Assembly: GCA_030248215.1 (NCBI GenBank)
Contig: JASANG010001737.1
Location: 434,001-498,000 of the forward strand
Source of the DNA: Enoplolaimus lenunculus
Taxonomy: Eukaryota
DNA: 64,000 nucleotides
Direction: 5' to 3'
A program made the position numbers and the translations under genes. The notes under the pieces were generated by a model. That model saw only the letters and a list, made by a program, of their open reading frames with translations, was not told where the DNA came from and ran no database searches. Shown piece after piece: positions 1-9,930 of this stretch (position 1 is the stretch's first letter; each line of letters opens with the position of its first letter).

Positions 1-176
1 AATGGTGAGTCAAATTGGTTCTCTCTGAAATAGGTTTTTCTGGACTACGCAAACTGAGTCAAATTCGACTCACCTGAGTTGCTCAGTGAGTTGAACTTAA
101 CTCTGGCGGAGTCGAATTTGACTCATTTTGTGGAGTCCCGAAAAGCCTATTTTGGAGAGACTGCAATTTTGCAGTA
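1..176. mobile_element. Palindromic TA-flanked MITE (family A), truncated by the window edge
   Basis: Shares the internal palindrome (GAGTCAAATTCGACTC...GAGTCGAATTTGACTC, ATAGG..TTTTC / GAAAAGCCTAT) with full copies at 3961, 14549 and 47634. Confidence 0.75.
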
Positions 177-329
177 TTCGGAATCCCAACTTTTCAAGAA
201 ATGTTTTAAATGCAAACAAAAAGTGGACCAACTGCTGCAATACAACAAGCGTCATAAAATCGACGTTTACATATTCGAACGCTGGTAGAGTTCGCTTACG
301 CGCCAAAGCGGTTTTAAAGCCAACGTGCT

Positions 330-1667
330 CTAGCTAAGTACCCCCCATCCGCCTTCGATTTTATTGGTCCGTAAACAAATCAACGCTTCTTGCTGTACGG
401 CAGTGGGATAACGCTCGCAAAGTTTACGAACCCATTTCGGTAACGCAATGTCAAACTCAATATAATCAATTCGATAAGTCCTGTAAACCAGTTCAGCTAA
501 AAGTAGCGAATTTTGAATCTTAGCTTCAGCGTCAGTTTTTCGTTGAGATAAAAACGTAGCCGAAGTATTATGAAACGCTCTCTGTTCAAGGAACGCGTCT
601 TCGAGATACGGTCCCCAGCCGGAAAATATGATCTCATGGGGCCAGCCGAAAATTGCAAACAGTGCTCGAAGTTGCCATTTTAGTGTTGAAACGTTTGCAC
701 TATTGTAATAGAACACTTTATCGTAGCTGGATTTGAATAAACAAAATCCACAAAACCAGAATTGCGGATAAAAATGATCCTCGTGCAACGTCCCATAACT
801 CGCGTTCAAGCTATCACTTGCGCTAAATTGTGCAATATGATGGTAATTACGACGAATAAAGCATTCTAAATCTTTTCGACAGCCATAACAAGTGGACTGA
901 TGGAGCAGTAGCGTAATCCCTCGGCATTTATCCAACCAACCCGAAAGGAGTCGTTCAAACGGTTCACGAATGACGGCTATTTTCGTCCAATCATCGTCGG
1001 AAAATATTTTCGATCCATAAGTATTGTACCGGTACAGCGGGACGTCCGCAAAACAGCCGTCGTGGATTTCGTCCATTTCACGCTTGGTCATGCCACCTCC
1101 GCCAATATAAGCGCCCCGCCGTCGGCAAAATAACGCTTTTAATTGGGTGCACAAATTTTTCGGGATCCAACATACCATTAACCGCGATCCAGCGTCGAGC
1201 ATGGGAAGATTGTAGCGTTTTGGAAACGGCCACAACGCAACTGGTGTGGTAAACATTGATTCCATCGACCGGCTGCGATTGGGAGTTAAAATGTTCAACG
1301 GTCGAACAGTTTCTGATTGGCGGATTCGGGTGGAACGCAGTGACTGTAGCTCGGGTGAAAGTCGGACGTTGCGTAGGCTGATCGCTTGCCGATATTCAGT
1401 ATCATAGTAGCCAGCTTCGAGATGTACTGATCGGTATAGCGTTATTAGGCATAGTAGTATTGCAATAACGCAACAGTAACGCGTTAATAATCGATACCGA
1501 TGCCTAAGCCAAACTTTGGACGCAATCAACCAATCGTACCACGTTTCAAATTGTTGCAATTGGTCTGAAAAAGTTGAAATGTTTAAATATTTATGTTTTG
1601 TAACTGAGGACTGCTTGGAGTTTATGGCATTAGCTTGGGTCATTTTTGCTCCTATACTTTTCTGCAT
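330..1667 (-). CDS. Intronless carbohydrate sulfotransferase (Sulfotransfer_2 / CHST-like), type II membrane protein
   Basis: 445-aa ORF with an N-terminal hydrophobic anchor (CCVIAILLCLITLY), 5'-PSB-like CWIPKNLCT, 3'-PB-like REPFERLLSGWLDKC, HFYPQ.WFC and a C-terminal Y..DY..F motif. Clear paralog at 49866. Confidence 0.88.
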   Translation of the reverse strand: MQKSIGAKMTQANAINSKQSSVTKHKYLNISTFSDQLQQFETWYDWLIASKVWLRHRYRLLTRYCCVIAILLCLITLYRSVHLEAGYYDTEYRQAISLRNVRLSPELQSLRSTRIRQSETVRPLNILTPNRSRSMESMFTTPVALWPFPKRYNLPMLDAGSRLMVCWIPKNLCTQLKALFCRRRGAYIGGGGMTKREMDEIHDGCFADVPLYRYNTYGSKIFSDDDWTKIAVIREPFERLLSGWLDKCRGITLLLHQSTCYGCRKDLECFIRRNYHHIAQFSASDSLNASYGTLHEDHFYPQFWFCGFCLFKSSYDKVFYYNSANVSTLKWQLRALFAIFGWPHEIIFSGWGPYLEDAFLEQRAFHNTSATFLSQRKTDAEAKIQNSLLLAELVYRTYRIDYIEFDIALPKWVRKLCERYPTAVQQEALICLRTNKIEGGWGVLS

Positions 1668-2645
1668 GTATTCTTAAATTCCTGACATTTAGGTATTTGT
1701 AACAGAAATATAAATCGGATTTTAAGACTTTGTTTCATAAACGATTATAACAAGTATTTTTGAAATTTAAGACAAATATGTCTTCAACAAAAAGACTTGT
1801 TTTGCTGATTTTTCAGACAAGTCACTGAAACAAAGTTTTGCGAGTTACAGCGATTCCAAAATTAAAAACTAAAGTTCAATAAAATTCCCAAATATCTCAG
1901 CCTAAGATGCGTCCGTGATAGGTTTGGAGTCCCTGAGCACAGTCCAAAATATATATGCTTGAAATTTGATTCTTTATATATACACTCCAAAGAATAAAAG
2001 CGGGCAATTTGTTTCTAAATAATATAAGAAAATCATTTTTGAATAATGAAAAACACTATTTTTTGAAGAAAAATTTTTTTCTTATAAATTGGCAATAGTG
2101 ATTTCTTGAATACAGGGCTGGATTAAAGTGGTTATAGGCCTGAGTCCCGGATAATTAGCAACCCTTTTATTAGCCATCAGAAGTGCGAAACAAAATTTTG
2201 CTACGAAAGGAATTTCTAGATTTGCGCTTAGAGAAGTCACTTATGATCAGTATCAAAGTCCAATTCACGCAAAATATCGCATTCGATACGCACGATTACA
2301 AGATTTACAAGTCAATTTTGCTTCAAGAATGTTCACAATCGATTCTCAATTGATTCCAGTTTTGAGGGAAAATCGCTCGCCACTGCATCTGAAAACTGTA
2401 CGGACGACTCTGGTTATGCGTTCTTGAGCATATTTTCAGCAAAATTGGCCCGGTTATAGCAGAGCACTGGGGCTTAGGGTCAAAGCGGATGGTGTCTATC
2501 CCCGCTGGGTCGGATTTTTTGTTAAGTCCGACCCAGGTAGACTTAAATTATTGTTCGGGGCTGAGCCGATTTAGGTTAGATTTTAATGTTACCATCCGAA
2601 CCAACGTAGAGACAAACCCCTGAGATGTTTCTACAGTTTAGCTTA

Positions 2646-3085
2646 CTGTAGTGACCCGAATAAGAGGGGAGACTGATATTTGTTTGGCCTCTCCAGAGGG
2701 TACCCCCTGTTATTCGGTTAGGGACTGTTATTTATTTTTAACTCATGCTCAGCCGCCCTTCGTTACTGATATATATCCGGTACTGCAGTTATCCGTTGAA
2801 TTAAACGTTTATTTGTCTTGTGTCAATAGCTTGAGCGATAATACAAGGTTATATTTAGGAATGTACTTTCAAAATTTAAGTACGCTTTAAAGTTTCGAAC
2901 TCAAATTATTTGGTCTTGGAGTCATTTATGAGCTACAATTAGGGTTAATTGACGTTTATGGACTCTAATTAGGGTTTAGGGACTCTATCCGCCTACGGAC
3001 TGTTATTAGGGATACGGACTCTTATTGATTCGGAGTCAAATTGGGGACCCCCTCTTATTACCCCCTCTTATTCGGGTCAATATAG
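2646..3085. mobile_element. TA-flanked MITE (family C), TIR CTGTAGTGACCCGAATAAGAGGGGG
   Basis: Inverted termini with TA on both sides. Full reverse copy at 54171-54576; fragments at about 6830-7018, 23711-23890 and 24110-24250. Confidence 0.8.
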
Positions 3086-3960
3086 TAGGTTCAACGGCGA
3101 TTTTTGATCCTCATATAAAATTTGCTGAAATCCTATAGAATGTGCGGGGCCGGTTTTCTAACTTTTTGGACCATCCTATTGTACCAATAATTTCCTGTTC
3201 CCTGAAGTCTTTTGTTCGATTCGGATCACCGGTTGTGCGAGTAGTCAGCCTGCCCCGGTGGTCAGAGGCTCCTAGCCCTGAAACATGGGGCAGTGTGGTG
3301 CAGTCGTGGTCCGGCTTTATGCCCGCTTATAGCCGGTTAAAAGTTGCCTGCCTGCTTAACAAAAAACAGTCTAAAATAATTCGGTATTAAGAGACAAGGA
3401 TTGTAAAAATGCGCGGACACTCCAGGTCTGAAAGCGGAGATTCTGTCCCGAATAGTGCTAAACTGATTACTCAACTTTCCATCACACTGGCATAAGTTTT
3501 GGGATCGGTAAGGATAGGTAGCGTAGGCTTAGCTGCCGGGTCCCAGCCTTATAGAAACCATAAAATGAAATAAATCCGAAGTGCATTCTCATCGTTTGGG
3601 AAAGTATCTTGCACACCCTTTTATACAACCAAGCCGAAGAACGCAATCGGTACTTCGAAAAATTCCCATAGCGGTTTTGGTGGCTTGTTAATTGTTATCC
3701 ATTGAAACATGTGGTGGGTTTTCGGTCGATGGCATGTCTCTTTTGGAGGGAAGCTTCGGGTCCGGCTCCCCTGAACCCCATTTAATCCGGCTCCGCATAA
3801 ATTATCACATCCATGTTTTAACGATTTCAGACACAAATCTCTGAGCTGTTTAAATTTTTTTCAAGCCTGCAACTGCTCAAACATTCGAAACACTCAGCAT
3901 AATTGGCCTATAAATAAAATGAAACCAACTCACAGAAGTTATCGCCAGTTGAATTTTATA

Positions 3961-4179
3961 CACTGCAAAAAATAGGCTGTCAAATTGACTCTCTGGGAAA
4001 TAGGCTTTTCCTAATTGCACAAACTGAGTCAAAATTCGACTCCGCCAGAGTCAAATTCCATTCACTGAACAGCTCAGTAAGTCAAATTTGACTCTGGGCG
4101 AGTCGAATTTGACTCAGTTTGTGAGTTAGGAAAAGCCTATTTCCCCGAGAGTCAATTTGACTCCCTATTTTTTACAGTG
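3961..4179. mobile_element. Palindromic MITE family A (TA|CACTG...CAGTG|TA; Tc1/mariner-type TA target)
   Basis: About 220-bp near-perfect palindrome flanked by TA at 3959-60 and 4180-81. Confidence 0.85.
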
Positions 4180-5804
4180 TACTATAGGTACTTATTCACA
4201 TCCACCACATTAGAGTTTGGATAGAATATATTCAAATGTCTCCCCATATTACTGCTTATTATCATTGTCATAAAGCTTAGGCTTAAGGCTTAGTTTTAAT
4301 GTAAACTTCAAGCTCAAGCCTACGCTTATCACGAGTTGCCCCACACAGCCGCAGTTTTTACACCGTAAAGCGTGTTTTATTACCTGCAATCTGTTCCAAA
4401 TGCTCCCGAAACGTAACCGGTGATTGTGAAGAGCGATTGATTGGCACTTGCTGATATTCCATAAATCTTTTCTAAGACGTTAACTGCTTTTGGATCGAAA
4501 ATATTTTATTCAACATCCTCGCTTTTTGTTCAAATTCAGTTGGGTAACGTGGGAAAATACTCAGCAAAAAGAAGCCAAAACAAAAAAAACCAAAAAAAAC
4601 AAAACAACAACAGAGCAGCGGGGAGAGAGAAAAAAAAAAAAAAAAAAAAAAAAAAGGCCCAAACCGCCACCCCACCCAACCCAAACACACAGACGGCCCC
4701 CCCCAACCCCCCCCGAAAAAAAAAAAAAAATAGAAAATATTCATGTGAGAAAGGGTTAAGCGAAAAATTTTCAAGTTACTATATATCTAAGAGTCCGGGT
4801 CAAATTCCACAAGTGAACTAAGACGTCTGACACAGTGGATAATATTCATGACCAAAAGAGTTAATGTTCATTGTACGTTGACTAGAGTTGCTTTTCCACA
4901 GTATAAATTAAGTAGTTATAAACAACCTAATTTTAGTGAATATCAATTCAGTGAAATCTATGACAAATTTTGATATAGAAATTGCTGGAACCACGGATCT
5001 GGAACCAGAGGTCACATCTCCGATCGATCTCGGTTTGCACCCTATTGTCGGAATGGTATCATTTGTATATTAGTCCAAGTTCGCTATATTCATTCTATGT
5101 GTATTATAATAAATGAAATACAATGCATGATCAAAACATACTTGTGAAACGCGAATAAAACACTGAGCTTTCGGGGAATACCAAAAATATTTTTTGATTC
5201 GGAAGTTTACTGTGTTAGAAGTATTAAGTGCGCGTTTTTAATGTTGCGCTAATGTTTATTATATAATGGGCCATCTACATAATAATGCGTGCACCAAGGT
5301 AAAAAATTGTCCTAGTCTGAGGAGGGAACTACATCGCTCAGACAGTCTACCTATATAGAATGTCATAAATAGGACCAGTGCCCGAAAAGAGCCTTATGAC
5401 AAACTATACCGCCTTGCTGCAGCATATTATTGTCACAATAGCCTGTGTACGCTAGTGATTTGTTCAGACACTGTAGGTAGGAACTGCATACGCGCAGTCA
5501 ATGTTTACCGCCAACTTTGTACATATGCGCGCGCTATTGCTTGGCGCTGTTTTTCCAACTCGTTATACATTGTGCGTAGCGTTGTCCAGACACCCATCCG
5601 ACAGTGTTTGAAAAACATTTATTGCCTCAGAACACCCGTGCAATGTCCATGTACCCCATCAGCAGCACTGTTTTTGACATAGTTCCTATCGGGTTACTGG
5701 GCAATTAAATACAAAACGTAGATTTTTTGTTTAGAACAATTATTACGAGTGCTTAGAAACAGTGGTCCATATCAGTGTGGATAAAATCGATCACAACTTA
5801 CTAA

Positions 5805-5960
5805 TCTTATCTTGAGCAGCTTGAAAAGTGAGTTTCAAATGAGTTTGAGCTCTCTAGCATATTGATTCTTAAACGAACGCTCTACCGCTGAGCCATGCAG
5901 CTCGGCTTTCTAACAATTTTTATATTCTGCTATATTTGTCGACAGGTAGGATGTTGGCTG
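5805..5960 (-). mobile_element. Degenerate relic of the tRNA-bearing TRIM LTR
   Basis: AGCAGCTTGAAAAG...CTTAAACGAACGCTCTACCGCTGAGCCATGCAGC...CTATATTTGTCGAC aligns by eye with LTR 6538-6780. Confidence 0.55.
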
Positions 5961-6189
5961 TGTATTTGTTTGGTGTCACAAATATTAACAGTAACAAAAA
6001 TATTGTTTTTATTCATTAGTGAGGGTATTTACTTAGCTAGGTGATTGAATGTAAATTACAAAAAACTTTAAAGATGCATAACATGAGCTACAGTATACAC
6101 ATTCAGTGGTGGATCCATGGGGGGCACCCCGGCCGTGGCCCCCCCAACAGCATCTCGACAAAAATTATATAGTGTCAATTGCGGTTCTA

Positions 6190-6780
6190 TGTCAGTCTGG
6201 TAGGATCAGGGACATCAGACCTTTTACTAAGCAGCTGGAAAAGCGGGCTCGAGCGGGGATCGAACTCTCAGCCTACGGACCCTTAAGCGAACACTCTACC
6301 ACTGCGCTACGCAGCCCGCCTGTCCAACTACCATTTTCATCGACTATATTTATCGACCGTATGCTGCCAGCTAGCATACATACAGTGCACTGCGTGCACA
6401 TAACGGACAAGCATGTCTCATATGCTTACATGCCCTTATTTTCAACAAGGTCGTCCCTTGACCGTCCATCCTATTTTCGACTGGATACCGTGTTCATAGC
6501 GCGGCAGTTTACCATTGCGCTCACGGCGTAGCCCCCATGTCAGTCTGGTAGGATCAGGGACATCAGACCTTTTACTAAGCAGCTGGAAAAGCGGGGATCG
6601 AACTCTCAGCCTACGGACCCTTAAGCGCCCACTGTACCACTGCGCTACGCAGCCCGCCTGTCCAACTACCATTTTCGTCGACTATATTTGTCGACCGTAT
6701 GCTGCCAGCTAGCATACATACAGTGCACTGCACTATATTGCATGTGCACATAACGGACAAGCATGTCTCACATGCTTACA
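6190..6780 (-). mobile_element. TRIM (miniature non-autonomous LTR retrotransposon) with tRNA-like cassettes in both LTRs, copy 1
   Basis: Direct repeats 6538-6780 (5' LTR) and 6190-6430 (3' LTR) read TGTAAG...CTGACA on the minus strand. The 107-bp internal region starts with PBS-like TGGGGGCT and ends with purine-rich GAAAATAAGGGCA. 5-bp TSD TTCTA. Confidence 0.88.
6243..6319 (-). ncRNA. tRNA-like (tRNA-Pro-like) Pol III cassette inside the LTR
   Basis: Minus strand GCGGGCTGCG-TAGCGCAGTGGTAGA (A box)...GCTTAAGGGTCCG...GAGTTCGATCC (B box)...AGCCCGC, then TTTT. The ends pair (GCGGGCT/AGCCCGC). Not a canonical cloverleaf. Confidence 0.6.
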
Positions 6781-7467
6781 TTCTATGCTGTTTATTTCTC
6801 TGTTTTATACACAATAGTATAAGCACGCTTTAAAGTTTTGAAGTCACCTTTATTTGGCCCTGGAGCTATTTATGCGCTGCAATTAGGGATAATGGACATT
6901 TATGGACTCTAAGAAGTGTTTAAGGACTCTACCCGCTTACAGACTCTTATTAGGGATACGGAGTCATATTAATTGGGTCTCAAAATGGGGACCCCCCTCT
7001 TATTTGGGTTACTACAGCATGGGTCAAAAATAAGTTTATTACCTGTGAAATTTTGCCCCCTCATTCTGAGATCCTGGATCCGCCACTGTACACATTGTCA
7101 GAAATCAGAATTTTGGCTTGGTGTGTTATGCGCAAAAAAATAAACGCGCTTATAAGAGTCCATATCGTTATTTCAAAACATTCCTAAATATCAGACTTGT
7201 TTTATGTTGCTTGATCCAAAAATATAGTTTGGCTACATTCCGATTCAAAATGATATTAAATCAGGTAGTCAAGTCAAGTTATGTATATTTATATTTGGAT
7301 TTCATAGGTCGAGCTGATTACGAGTATATCAAAGTTCTCGCTAAAATTATGTTCCCTGATTTTCCTCCTAATCTGCATGGGGCGAGCAACTTCTAGTGTG
7401 ATATTATGTTGTAAAATAGACAGCATCGCCGGCTCGTTCTGGCGGCAGTTGTATTTTATTGTTTAGC

Positions 7468-8458
7468 ATGGACAGTGAAGTTATTATAACGCAGTATAAA
7501 TTTTTATGGAAGATTTCGCACCAATATCGTAGTATATTACCGTTACTTTCATCAGATTGTTGCCATCAAGCAGTTTCACTGGCCGAAGCATGTGGATCGT
7601 CAGTACCGGACAAAACATTTTGTCAAAAGTGCTATATGCCATATGATATAGATACGGTTTTAAGGACTAAATCTCATCAATTTATTCCGCGCACGCGGTT
7701 ATCGAAGATCTTCCGACGTCAAGCAACGGGACTTGCCCTTCATAAGGTTATTGCTTATTCAGTATCGCTACCAGAATAAGACGGTACGACCCACTGTCTA
7801 ATTCTGTCAATAATCTATATTTGGCTCTGATAATCGTGCTTGCATGGATATTTATCGCCACCAGCTATAAGTGGGACTGAGTTATAGACAGCATCTGTCA
7901 CCTGTTCTAACTAAGTCTTGTAAGTTTCGACCAATCAATGAAAGCCATCATTTGTCCTTCTTGTGAGTAAACTAAGAGTTTGAGTTACTGGGCAGCGTAA
8001 GTTTGTTTACAAACCTAAGAATAACTGTTGCTAAACCAACTATTGAGACTATAACTTCATATGCTTGATCATAACATTGTTGTATTTGTATGTATTTTCA
8101 GATTGAAAAACAGTTGCTTAAACATTATCAAAAGAAACAAAGAAGCAGTACGTATTCTTGTTTGTTGGTAAAATGCAGCCATTGTGGATTTGAGCAAAGT
8201 TATCGCTTAAAGTCCGGTCGTTTTGACCGCAATAGCACATTCCGAGGCGCAACGCCGTTCAAAATCAAAACATCTGCCGGTAATTTAAACCAATCAGTAT
8301 CTGTCGGTACTCCTAAAACCAATGATTCTAGGGATCTCAAGACATCGTTCAGTTTTGACTACAGCCTCACCTCCACACCTGTTCAGAAAACTCCAGCAAG
8401 CAGCTCTGGAAGAAGACGCAAAAAATTGATGGCGTTGAAAAAATTAGTGAATAGTTAG
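7468..8458 (+). CDS. C18orf21: C18orf21/RMP24-like (UPF0711; Rpp21/Snm1-type zinc-binding RNase MRP subunit), 2 exons: 7468-7746, 8102-8458
   Basis: Phase-0 GT-AG intron joins ...LALHK|IEKQ.... Two CxxC motifs (CQKC, CSHC), a Ser/Thr/Pro-rich tail and basic RRRKKLMALKKLV, matching the recalled C18orf21 layout. A further 3' exon cannot be excluded. Confidence 0.65.
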
Positions 8459-9930
8459 CGTTTTGTAGTCCTTATGCAGCCGTGTACTTAAATTTCTGCA
8501 TAAATGTTGAGTTACTTAACTAAAAATAAAATAGATGTCTCGAAATATTTTCCGTGCCAGTTTTCAATGGTTTTTATCAATGATTTGTCAGTTGTCATTA
8601 CATACGTATATACATTACAAGATGATTTCAGTGTGTGTAAACCAGGTTAAACGTTTCAATGATGGTGCTGATGGTAACTTCTGAAAACTTTGTATCGTTT
8701 CGAGTGTTCGAATATTGTTTGCTTTCGATATACGTAATCTACAGCGGCAACGTATGCAATGTTATTCCTTTTTCTTTGTGTGTCACAAAGTGATTTATTG
8801 TGTTACTAGCGCATAACATTAAGCCTCGTTCACAGAATTCACTAGGGCAATTTTTGCGTAGAGAACTGGCAGTTGCGATTTGCACACTCAAGCTTTGCAT
8901 CAGAAGGTGCAACTTACAGTGCAAATTTTGCCGCGAGAAGTTGCAGCTGCAATGGATTTTCGAACAAAACTTGCTGCTACAAGTTCTCGTTGTAAAGTAC
9001 GTGCCAATTGCAGCATACAAGTTTCTTCTGTCAAAGATTTGCTCGTGTAACTTACAGCAAGAAGTTTTCACTACAAAATATAGCATAGATCAGGACTTTA
9101 GGTATAAAAATCATTGCAAAATGATTGTTTTGTACGTAAATATGGTGTTCAAAATGTAAAGTAAATTTTCTGCTGTAATTTGTTTTATTCAATAAAACAG
9201 CTAAGAAAACGATAAGTATGAACAATAAGTAACATACGATCTGTTAGTTCTGTACATGATACGGTTCGTTTATAAATCAGGGCGTACCGTTTTCCAGTGA
9301 GACTGATTAGGAGTAAGATTAAGTTTTAGACTATCAATTTGATTACGCTCAGTTTTAAGTATAGGATTATCCTCACGCCTTAGGTTTAGGAATGGAATTT
9401 GCTTACATGTGTTACGGGCCTCAAACATTGCACATGGCTAGCCTTTGTTAACCAAGCTATTGTAAAGAAGGGCCGTAGCAGTTTTATAAACATTCCCAAA
9501 CGTAACGATAAGCCTATTACTACACGGTTAGGCTGATGACTATAATTCGGCGGCATTAAGGGTAACCTGGGGCAAATACGGGGTGGTACAATGTGACTAT
9601 TTTTCCCATGTAAAGATCTGGGGCGGGGAGTTTTTCTGTAGGACTAGAATACAGTAAGTTTAAGCTTTAGACTAATGTTTTTGCTTGGCATAGGCTTAGG
9701 AATGCTCATTCTTACGCTTAGGTTTAGGCGTAGGCTTTGGCTTGGAAATATGATTATAATACTGTTCTGCCTCTGTTAAGTTTTATGGATCATTGAATAA
9801 ACGCCACTTTACTGGTTTGCTCGCAAAGCTTTACACTAAGTTATGCCTCCTGCAACGACGTCATCGCTACGCCCCTGAAAGTAACTTAGTTCTGATTAAT
9901 TCGTTGTTTTCTAGTGAATGAAATTAATAA

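Larger units (their letters stand above)
6104..7088. mobile_element. hAT-type MITE (family D) with a captured family-C fragment and a nested TRIM
   Basis: TIR CAGTGG(C/T)GGATCCA; perfect 8-bp TSD TACACATT (6096-6103 / 7089-7096). Confidence 0.9.

Noticed and set aside
4472..4821. Lys/Pro/Phe-rich ORFs
   Set aside because: Translations of homopolymer runs.
6243..6660. Functional tRNA genes or two tandem SINEs
   Set aside because: The anticodon and T stems do not pair canonically. The repeats extend about 110 bp upstream of the tRNA-like part and have TG..CA ends, PBS, PPT and one shared TSD, which fits LTRs.
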